Assembly (NCBI GenBank): GCA_965644315.1
Contig: CBFFRQ010000067.1
Coordinates: forward strand, 186,001 to 250,000
Reading direction: 5' to 3'
DNA length: 64,000 nucleotides
Source: Caecitellus pseudoparvulus
Taxonomy: Eukaryota; Protista; Bigyra: Bicosoecida
The notes below the pieces were generated by a model that saw only the letters and a program-made list of their open reading frames with translations, made no database searches and was not told the DNA's origin. The position numbers and the translations under genes are program-made. This document shows, one piece after another, positions 1 through 10,100 of this stretch (its first letter is position 1; the number at the start of each line of letters is the position of its first letter).

Positions 1-2420
1 CCAGTGGGCGGGTGGCTCGGCCAGGCGCCGGCGTGTGGCGGCGGGGCACTGCCTGCACTTGGGCTTGGCGGGGCGTTGCCTGTTTTGGCGTGGCCCGGAG
101 GAGGGCACCGCGTGGGTGGAGGGGGGGGTGCTGATCCCAGCAGTCCAGACCCCCCCGAGCGAGAGCTGGACACACTGCTGCCTCGCTCCCTCTCACTGCC
201 TTCTTCAGGCACTTGGTCCAGCAACCCCCCTCCCAGCATCGCCGGGGGGGGCCGAGGTTGGGCAGGTCGAGGGGTGGGCCAGACCCCCCCACTGGGGGCC
301 GCCCCCTGCCCACTGGACATGGGCGCTGGGTGTGACGGCGCCATGGCCCCTGCCAGCCCCGTGGCAGGCGGCGCCCCTTTCACCAGGGCATTGCCCAGTG
401 TCGTAGGGGGTGCTGAAGCTCGTGCCGAGCGGGGATGGGGTGCCGCCTGCGCCTCTGGCCGCCGCCGCAGCATGGGGCCTGACGAGTCCAGGGCGATGCT
501 GCCTCGCATCGGGGGCCGCCCACCACCACCACCACCGCCGCCGCCTTGTCCCCGCAGTCGGATAGCGCTGGCCAAGGACTGCCCCGCAGCAGCCACCGCC
601 GCGCCCAAGTTAGTGCCGTGCTGCAAGCTGTGCATGGACTGGGGCTGGGCGGAGTGGCGGCGGGGGGGCGCCTGGTTGCCGCCCTGCACATCCACCTCCA
701 CAGCGGAGGACAGGCGCCGGTGGTGGGAGGGCTGCAGGGGCACTGATGCGCTGGTGATGGAGTCACGCCCAGCACCCCCCCCTGCCACACGCATAGAGTG
801 GGCGCGAGCTGCAGCGCCAGAACGCAGCAGCTCAGCCATGGATGACGTGGGTGGTGGGGGGTGTGCCCCGCTGGGCGGGGGCGTGGGCTGGCCCCACGAG
901 CCAAGGCTGCGGTCTTGCCAAGCGTGCACACCTCCTGGCGGGCCAGCGTGCCACTCACGGGGAGGGTGCTCAGCGGGCAGCTGGCCTGCCGTCCACATGG
1001 CACTGCCACGGCGCTGGTCCATGGTGGAGTCCACTGAGAAGGCGTAGCTGCCACGCCGTGGGCCCATACCTCCGCCGATCAAGTCAGGGTGCTGTGGAAC
1101 GGGCGGAGTTCGTGGTGGGTTGTGCAGGTGCAAGGCACAGCGTGCACAGGAAGCCAGGGCGCGCTGCCAGCTCAGCTGGCGAGGACAGTACAGTGGCTCA
1201 GTTTGGAAGTTGAGTTCACGCCCCCTTGCGAGGGGTCACACTCGAAAGATGGTTGAAAAAGATCGTCACAGCCGAAACAAGCAGGCAAGGCAGAGAGCAG
1301 CGCAGGTCGGGCAGACGGCAGCGCTCGGTCAGGAAGTTGAGTTCACGCCCCCTTGCGAGGGGTCACACTCGAAAGATGGTTAGGTATGATCTTCATGGCG
1401 CAGGTGCCGCCGAGGCAACACGGGGGGCAACCGCAACGGCCACAGACACAAGTGCAACGGGCAGCTTCGTGGCAGGCCAACGTACTTGAGGTGGGGAATC
1501 TGCCCCGTGGGCAGGCCAACCCTGCTGCACCGTCGGCAGCAGGGAACAAGAGGTGCCCACCTGGACCAGAGCCCCTGTCACGGCATCCAGTGCAAGCAGG
1601 CAGTGCTGCACGTCGGCTTCACGCCGGTCCTGAGGCGGTGCGGAAGTTGGGCGCGCACATTCAGTGCCAGGCGTTGAGGGAGGATGGATGGGCGCGACCA
1701 GGCTCACCTGTACGAGGTTCAGGAGGCTTCGCACTTCCACAGAGTAGTCCAGGGCCCCTTGCAGTTCCTGGGAGCGCGGGGAGGGAGGGAGGTGTGCCGG
1801 GCGCGTGAACTTCAGCCTTGGCTTGAGGCAGTCGGCGCACGCCGCCTTTGCAAGCGTCGAGTGCCGTGGGACGCGACCAGCTCACTCACAGCTGACGCTG
1901 TGGGGGTACTGTTGGACACTGCAGACCATGCCTTGACGACAATGGAGTGGCACTGCTGCAGGGCCTGCACGGCGTGGGAGATCACCGCTGCGCCCTGTGT
2001 CGGAAGGACGTGCGATGGGAAATTGACGGCGTCTGTGCCGGCCTAGGCACCGGGCGCCGCTGGCCTCACATCTGCACTGGAAGCAGCCAGCTGGGACAGT
2101 TTGTCAATGCTGGTGGCCAGGTTCAGGAGAGCAGAGGCGACGGCCACCGTGTGTTCGGCAGCTGACATGCTGCCCAACGGCGCACAGCGTTGCGCACCAA
2201 TGCGCTGCACAGGAGGCAGGCGAGCGCCAGCGGCACGCTGCGCCGGGCAGGGACGTGGCAGTCACTGTTTGTGGGCCTTCAGGAGCTCCTGTGCCGCTGC
2301 GAGCTGGCGGGGGCGCGGGGAGCCCACCAAGGCATGCACAGACTGCCGGACCTGCTGGTGTGCCTAGCGCCGGCGGAGGGGCAGGCGGAAAAGCAGCCTG
2401 CTCACGCGAGCGCGCACCAT
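1..2420 (-). CDS. Multi-exon hypothetical protein, 3' end beyond window start (snoRNA host gene)
   Basis: Short minus-strand exons (AHQQVRQSVHALV..., GAAVISHAVQALQQ..., ELQGALDYSVEVRSLLNLVQ, DRREADVQHCLLALDAVTGALVQ) are bounded by gt..ag. A phase-0 intron at 1560-1092 joins in frame to a long exon (HPDLIGGGMGPRRGSYAFSVDSTMDQ...) that appears open to position 1. The start at 2420 is tentative. Confidence 0.6.
1195..1273 (-). ncRNA. Box C/D snoRNA-like unit B (snR39b/SNORD2-like)
   Basis: Terminal stem GGC...GCC flanks box C-like GTGACGA (1269-1263) and box D CTGA (1201-1198). Same 50-nt core as unit A. Confidence 0.62.
1205..1381. repeat. Perfect 50-bp direct repeat (1205-1254 and 1332-1381) with a 77-bp spacer
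   Basis: ggaagttgagttcacgcccccttgcgaggggtcacactcgaaagatggtt occurs twice. Confidence 0.97.
1329..1396 (-). ncRNA. Box C/D snoRNA-like unit A (snR39b/SNORD2-like)
   Basis: Box C-like ATGAAGA (1396-1390), guide ACCATCTTTCG followed by D'-like GTGA, internal CCCTC-GCAA-GGGGG hairpin, box D CTGA (1332-1329). Intronic and sense to the host gene. Confidence 0.6.
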
Positions 2421-2663
2421 GACGGGGGCAGAGTGTCGGTATTTTGAGTTTATGTGTGAGTCTTGTGAGGGCACGTCGGTGTGGCGCCCCTCCGAGCCGG
2501 TCGCGGGGGGTTGGTCGAAGGGGGCTGCACAGAGCATGCACTGCGTCGATTTCCGCAGCCCGACCATTCCGCATCACAGTGCAGACCGGAAGCCCAAAAA
2601 TCCGCTGCAGGCGCTCACCCGGCAAGGCTCGCAGCTCTTTTCCCCTTCCTCCAACTGGCCACC

Positions 2664-4169
2664 ATGCAAGCTTTCGCAGCCGCTTGTGCGGCTGCTGCCG
2701 GCACACTGCTGCTGCGTGTGCGTGTTGGGCGCAAGGCAGCTGCCAAAGCAGCTCAAGTGAAGGCCTTTGCAGCGCGTGCAGTGCCCCGGCCAGATGCTGA
2801 GTGCTTCCGGGTGGTCACGTACAATGTCCTTGCGGACGGGCCGTGGTACTGCCTCAACCCGTGAGCGGCTGGCGGCACAATCGTGGCAGACTGCCTTCAG
2901 CCCACCTGCACTGCTCCTGCCGCCTCTGTGCAGAAACGCAAAGTACTCTGTGGGCAAGTGGCACCTGACTGCTGACCGGCGATTTCCAGCCCTGGTGCGG
3001 GAAGTGACAGGGTACAAGCCCGACATTCTTGCCCTGCAGGTGAGTGGCGAGCGAGAGCGGAGTCACACCCGCTCGGTGCTCACGGCCAGCACGATGCCCG
3101 TGCAACGCAGGAAGTGCAAGACCACTCCATGAAGCAGTACTTCACACCTGGATTCTCGAAGGACATGCCGGCGCAGCACGTGAATGATCGGGTGTTCTTC
3201 CAGCACCGTGCCACCGGCGACAAGGCCAACCAAATGCTCAAGAGCAAGGACGCTACCTTCTACAACACGGCCGTGTGGGAGGTGCTGGCGAAAGACATGG
3301 TGCCATTCGACTCCATGCTGGACGCCTGGCTGCTGGAGGCGCGCCTGTTCACCGACTCCCGCAAGCTGCTGGAAGCTGGCGCACCGGAATACGCCGACCC
3401 AGGCCGCAACGTCTCTGAGCTGTACAGCGCCATGCGCAAGCGGTACGACGGCGTGCTCATGTCTCTACTGCGGCACAGGCCCTCTGGTCGCCTGCTGGTG
3501 TTCGGGCAGTCCCACCTGTACTACAACCCCGTCGCACCGCAGGTGAAGGCCATGCAAGGGTTCTTCATGGCACGGGCGGTGGCTGACTTTGCGCGGCAGC
3601 AAGGCTGCGTCGTGCCTGGCCCCGACGGCGCCGCACCCTCGCCAGACACCGCTGGCAAGCCCGCAGCAGAGGTCATTCTGGCAGGGGACTTGAACAGCCT
3701 GCCACACCGCCCCTCGCCCAACCCCACCTTCGACCTGCCCCAGACACAAGAAGAGTGGGACGCAGCGGCAGCCAGTGACCCATACGCCGCGACATCTGGT
3801 GTCGTGACGCTGTGGAGTTCCGGGCGCCTCCCCGCGACGCACCAAGAACACCCTGCTCGGCGTGGCGCCGCAGGTGTTCCGGACCTGGTCAGCGCGGTGG
3901 GCCCCCTCACGTCTGCGACGGTTGCCGCCAGTGGGCGGGAAGCTCCCTTCACGACTCGCACGCTGACGTTCGAAGGCACGCTAGACTACATTTTCATTTC
4001 AAGTGGTCTGGAAGTGCGGGGCATGCTGCCGCTGCCGTTTGATGTGGACGGCTTGACGCCGGACGGCTCGCCCTTCCAGGCAGTGCCCAACACCACCTGG
4101 CCGTCAGACCACTTGGCCATTGGGGCGGACATCGCCTTCAAGCAGGCGCCGGGGGCGGCAGCTCCCTGA
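2664..4169 (+). CDS. Endonuclease/exonuclease/phosphatase family protein, CCR4/nocturnin/PDE12-like (3 exons)
   Basis: Motifs VVTYNVLAD, PDILALQ|EV (across an intron), SHLYY, AGDLNS, GTLDYIF and WPSDH. The Ala/Arg-rich N-terminus resembles an organellar presequence. Introns at about 2862-2933 and 3040-3110. Confidence 0.88.
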
Positions 4170-4186
4170 AGGCTGTTCATTGCAAG

Positions 4187-7100
4187 CTATGTCCCGGAGC
4201 GACCACGACCCCGACCGCCGCGACCACGGCTGCGACCCCCGCGACCGCGGCTGCGACCTCCCCGACCACGATTCCCGCGACCCCGCCCGCGGCCACGCCC
4301 ACGGCCACTGCGGCCATCAGCACGCACTGCTGAGGAGTGGTCTGTCTCGTACTGGTAGTTGAATGTGAGCTCGTCGCCATCGGCGATGTCCCGTCGCGCG
4401 AAAAATGCAATGCGCCGCTGCCCTTGCAACACCCCCATGATGCGGGCGACGCAGTTGGGGTTGGAGGAGTGGTTCGCGAAACGGATCTTGGACCCCTTCC
4501 GAGCGGCGTCCAGCACTGACAAGTTGCTCAGCTCGAATAAGTAGGACATGTTGAGGCGGTCGTACACGTTGCCGCGTCGGTCGGCTTCGTTCTGTGAGAT
4601 GAGTTCACCACGGTACTCGTACAGCAGGTCGCGCGCACTGGCTGGCTCGTCCAGGAAGGCCCCCCAGCCGTGGATGAAGCTGCGGCCCACCCGCACCCTT
4701 CTGTGCTCGCCTGACATGAGGCGGCGTGCGTCACGCGTCAGCACTGACTCATCGTTCGACACAGCCACCAGCCCCTCCACGGCACCTGACGCGCCGCCAC
4801 CTCGAATGGCGGTGGCGGCGTTGCCTCGCGGCACCAGAGGGCCACTGGTCTGGCGCCGTTTCTGGGCAGGGGGCGGGGGCATGCCTCCTTCACTGCTGCG
4901 GCCTGAGACGCTGTCGCCGCTGGGCAGGGGCGAGGGGGTGGGCGATGGCTCAGGCACGTCGCCGGTGAGGTCCAGTGCGCCGCCTGTGTCGCTGAGTTCA
5001 GGCGTGACACCGCCAGTGTCCACGCCGCCTCCCTCCGCTGCCCGGCTTGCCGCAAGTACTGCCGACACGGCCCGGCGCACGGCTGCGTACTGACTCTGCC
5101 CCGCCACCTCCAGCAATGCGCCCCTCTCCGCGCGGCTGACTCGTGGAAGTGCCGCGAGAACACTGCCGTGCCGGGCGAAATCGTGGCCCAGTAGAGCACA
5201 CACGGCATCCACATCGCCGCCACACAGCCGTGCCAGGCGGGGGATGAGAGTGGCTTGGCGGGGAGTCAGGACGCAGCCACTTGCGTCGCTGCCAGCGCTT
5301 GTAGCAGCCCCAGGCACTCGCATTTCCGCTGCCACGGCACGTGCCATGTCAGCAAGAGCGGCAGCGGTGGTGCCAAAACGCTCACTGGCTGCCGCTGTCG
5401 CTGCTGCCTCGGCGGCGACGGCTTCCGCCACTGGGCTTGGCATGCGGCTGGGGCTGCGGGGGCGTTTTGTGCCGCGAGTCGCTTCCACGTGCAGTGCGCG
5501 GAGGAACTGCTCGGTCTCCCGGGCGAACTTCGTGGATGTGATGCGTTTCCGCGTGGCCTGGTCCGTTTCACGGGGGTGTGGCAGCGCGTGCAGCACGCCG
5601 TGCTGCCTGTCGTCGTACAGCTTGGTCATGGGGCAGAAAATCACGTTGAACGTCTCGTGCGACCCGTCGCCCTCGGCGTGTGACGTGGTCCCGCCACTGA
5701 ACGCTTCTGGTGTGGGTGAGGGGTGAGGCCCCTCGCCCAGGGCATCCAGCACGCCCCGCAGGCGCTGCCGCTCCGCTGCTGCCGTGCGCACGCCCAGGCT
5801 GTCGATGCCCAGCTCGTGAAACGCAGACCAGGGCTGCGCAGAGGGCACCTGTAACGCACCAGAGACGCCACTGGCGGATGCTCTGTGGGGCACTTGAGCA
5901 GCCTCGGCAGAGCCCCACTTCCAGGTGGCAGCGTCGCCCAGGTCGCGAGAGGCCTGTTGAAACGCATCACGCACCTCCTGACTCACGCGCTGTGCCGCGC
6001 CATTGGCCCGCAGCAGGGGGGGCAAGGCAGCACAGGCAGGCACGCCAGGGCGAGCAGACAGCTGCAGCCACGCGGCAGGAGGCAGGAAGGTGGGTGGCTG
6101 CGCCAAGACTCCGACGCGGCAGGAGTCACTGGCAAAGTGCACCTGCCCAGCCGCCAGTGCCCGCAGTAGGCGCAGGGGGTGGTCTGTCGGGAGCAGGTTG
6201 TAGGTTTCGCACAGACGCAGGCGGCGCCGGGCTGCGAGCACGCCCCGCCAACGCTCGAGTAACGCTGCGAGGAGGAGGGGCACGTCTTGCTTGGCCACGA
6301 GAAACGCATCAGGGGCGCCTGCCGGGGAGGCGCGCCCTGACGAGGCAGGCGAGGTGGGGGACTGCTTGGTGCTGGGTGGCGTGCGACCGCCACGAGTGGC
6401 GCGAGAAGGCGCTCTGGGTCGGCTGCGACCCCGGCCGCGACCTCGGCTGCGACCTGCCGGGGCGGACGACTTGGTCGACGCGGTGTCATCCGCCCCCTCC
6501 TCGCCGCCCATTTCCGCCAACGCATCACTGAGCACGACAAAGTCACTGCTGCAGTACGCTGGCCGGGCGGGGATGGCGGCGAGGCAGACTGAGGGGGGGC
6601 CTGCCACGGCACGTGCACCCCCCCTTCCACTGCCGCTGGACCCCCCTCCCGCCTCATCCACACCTGGGAACAGCAGCACACGCAAGAGGGGGTCTGCCGC
6701 GGTGTGCGCCAGCAGACGCAGACACAGCTGTGCCTGTTGCGTGTTCTGCCCCTCTGCCTCCTCCACCGTGAAGGAAACGCCCTCCCGACGAGTCACCCGC
6801 TGGACGGGTTTGAAACGGCTGGTGGCCATGGGGTGGGACGGCGGCTGCGGCGGTTCTGCGAAGCCCAGCATGCGAGAGGCCAGCCGCACCAACTCCGGCA
6901 GCAGGCACTGGTGCAGCGTGGAGCCCATGGTGCCGCTGCGGTGCAGCTTGTCAGTCAGCTGTGACTTCACACTGGCCGCCTGGGGAATGACGTCAGCGGG
7001 CAGAGTGCCAGCTTGGGCGACGGCGCCAGGCGCTGCGGCGAGCACAGTGGCGACCTTAGAGTGCGAGTACCCCGACAGGTCCAGTTCGCGTTCGTCGTCG

Positions 7101-10100
7101 TCGCCGAAATACGGCTTGTAGTGCAGGGTGGTGTCGTCGTCCTGGAAGAAATTTCTCCGCAGACTCACCCAGGCGCTGCGACGCGGCGGTGGCGGAACCA
7201 GCGGCAGCACAGTGGACTGCCACGTGTCCAGGGAATTGCCCACTTCCTCGCGCAAACACCCGCCCACTGCACGCCGCAGGGCGTTGGGAGTCACTGCGCT
7301 GCCTTTGCGCGGCCGCAGGCAGGCCTGCAGGGGGGCCAACGCACGCGCAGTCAGCCACAGCCGCCGCCGGTTCCACAGCATTTTCCGCAGCGCACACCAC
7401 TGTTCCGGGGGCTGCACGCGCTGCACTGCGGCCAACAACGCCAGTTGCAGCGTGAACTGGCGTCGGCGTGTGGGTGTGGCGAGGCTGCGCCACAGACATC
7501 GGGGCGTGCGACCTGCCAGTGATGGGGGCAGGGAAGCATGCTCGTCTGCCGTCGCCACAGCCTCACCCACCATGGCACCCACATCCACGGCCTCCTGGGC
7601 ATCCTCCCCGTCCTCAGAGCTTGAGGCACTGCCGCCGCTCAGAATTGTGGAGCCAGTCTCCGACGCTGGGGGACTAGTGCGGTTGCCGGCTTGCGGGCTG
7701 GAACCGCCCTCTCCGCCGCCACCAGAGCCGCTCGTTGGGCCCTTTCCGCTGCGCCGCCTCCATGCACTGAGAACACCCCCCTCTTGTTCCTCGTCAGCGC
7801 CCTCACTGTCCCCTACCTCGCAGCCACATGCGAGGGCCATGGCTCGGCGTATGGCGGCATCCTGCACCGCTACAATCTCAGCCGCCTCGGCAGAGCTGGT
7901 CGCACGAGAAACGCTCCATGACGGCACGGCCATCACGTGCAAATCAGAGGGCAGCACCGGCGTGGCGAGGTGGGTGCGTGTGACACCCGCCGTGCCTTGC
8001 AGCGCAACGCCCAGTGCCGCGAGCGTTTCGCGTTGTGCGTTGGTGTGCAGGCTGGCCCAAGTGGTGCGCACCGGGTCACTGCGGAGGTGGGTGGGCCCAT
8101 CCTCGCCTGGGCAGGGCAGGGACGCTGATACAGTCACTGTGTCATGTGGCTCCCGCTTCAGGCGCACTGCCGCGGGGGGAGTGGTGCCGGGCTTGGCGTC
8201 GTGAGCAAGAAACGTGCTCACGAACACTGCCATGGGAGGGCTGAGGGGCGGCGTCGTGGGCGCGGTGTCCTGGGCGCTGGACGAGGCGGTGGAGGAGGAG
8301 TCACTGTCGTCGTCGGAGTCACTGCCACTGCTGTCGGAGTCAGCGCCGGAGTCACTGCCGTCCCCCTCATCCCCACCCGCCTGCACCTGCTGTAGTGCAC
8401 CCAACACACCCCCTCGCTGCAGGAGTGCCGTCACGTGAGGGTGCCGCCCGATGGCAGCGCCAAAGTAACTGCTCAGTGCGATGTCCATGCCAGCCACGTC
8501 AGCGGGGTCGGAGCCGCCCAGCAACGCCTGTGTCTCCCGCAGAATGTACCGCGGCATGCTAGCACTGGCAGTCGTGACGACTGGAGTGCCGCGCACTGTG
8601 GCGAAGCTGCCTGTGGAGCGGCCGCTGCCCAGCACAGTCGCGCGCGAACTGCTGTGGCCAGGCGCGCTCCAACGCTGGCTGCGCGCAAACATGGGCCCCG
8701 CCCCACCACCCTTCCGCGGCAGGGGCATAGCGGGACCAAGTGACACTGCCAACACGCGGCGTGCGGCTGCCAGGGCGGGTGTGTGGGTGGAGCCTGCCTC
8801 AGGCAGTACTTCGAGTGCGGTCAAATTCCGCCGTGCAGCAGGCTTGCCCTTCCCTGGCAGCAGGTGACTGCCCCCCAACACGTCCTCACGCAGATCGTGG
8901 CGCAGAGCATATGTCGCAGACTGTGTGCCGCTGGCTCCGGCACAGCGGCATCCCCGCCTTGCACCGCCCCTGGCGAGAGCAGCAGCGCGCGCAAACGCAG
9001 CGAGCAGGCGAGCCGCATGCCGCTGCCACGTTAGCTCAGCGGCACGGGCACCGACGATGCGCCGCAGCAGTCCTGGCAGTGCAGCGCGCAGCTTAGGCAG
9101 GAATGCAGCCGCCACATCCTCTGGCTCGGCGATGGCGGTAGTGCCGTCTGCGGCGGGGGTCGGCCACGGGCCAGAAACGCTCTTGCGCCACGCAGCCATG
9201 TGCTGCGCCAGCGCTTCACCGTAGCGGAGAGAAGCGGAGAATTGAAATGCAGTCAGGGCTGCCAGCAGACTCAGTGCTTGTTTCAACTGGTCAGCTGTGG
9301 GGGGTGGCAGGGCGCTGACAGCGGTGTGCAGAGCAGTATTCCACGCCCCCGCCGCCTGCTGCGTTGGCGAGGCGTGGCGCGTCAACGCAGCAGCGACCAG
9401 CACATGCCCCACGTGACTGGGCATGAGCAGTCGCAGTGGGCGAGGCAGGGCGAGGTATGCGGGTGTGTGCAGGCTGCCTGGCAGCTTCGCAAAGGGGAGG
9501 TGCCCTGTGAGGCGGCGCGTGGCTCGAACATACCCCCGTGCAGCGGAATTCCGCCGCGACGTGCTGGCGACAGAGCCCGCCACACTGGCCGTGGGGGAGG
9601 GGGGTCGAGGGGGGGGCACTCGTTTGGCGGGCCGTGGCTGGGCGGCGGAGGGGGGTTGCCGGCGCTTGCGCCTGCGAGAGGGGGCGGGGCGCGCCTCCGA
9701 TCTGGCATCGCGCGTCTGCCCGCCCTCTGCGACGCCCGCCACACTGCTGCTGTCCCCTTGCGAGTGTGGCGTGCCCGCTGACAGTGCGGAACTTGTGACC
9801 GACGCCGCGTCAGTCGGAACACTGATGGGCGGTGGGGGCGCCATGGCAGGCAGCTGCGCGACTGCCCGCACAGAGGCAATGCTTGGCACGGCGGCGGCCG
9901 AATCCCGCTGCGAGGGGCTGGTCGCAGCGGCCACGGTCGGCACCTGCGACGTGGCGCCAGTGGAGCCGGGCTGGTCGGCTTGGGAAGGTGGCGCGGCGGC
10001 AGCACCCCCCGCCGCTGGTGACGGGTGGGGCGGCAGCATGGCCGGCGACCGCCGCTTGCCCTGCAGGCTGGGGGGGGGTGCATGTCCCACACTACCCCCC

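Noticed and set aside
4-1047. 347-aa plus-strand ORF
   Set aside because: Antisense shadow of the minus-strand exon that runs off the window start.
1205-1381. CRISPR-like repeat-spacer-repeat
   Set aside because: Only two repeats, with a 50-bp repeat and 77-bp spacer that are too long. There are no cas genes and the context is a eukaryotic intron; C/D boxes and an rRNA guide explain it better.
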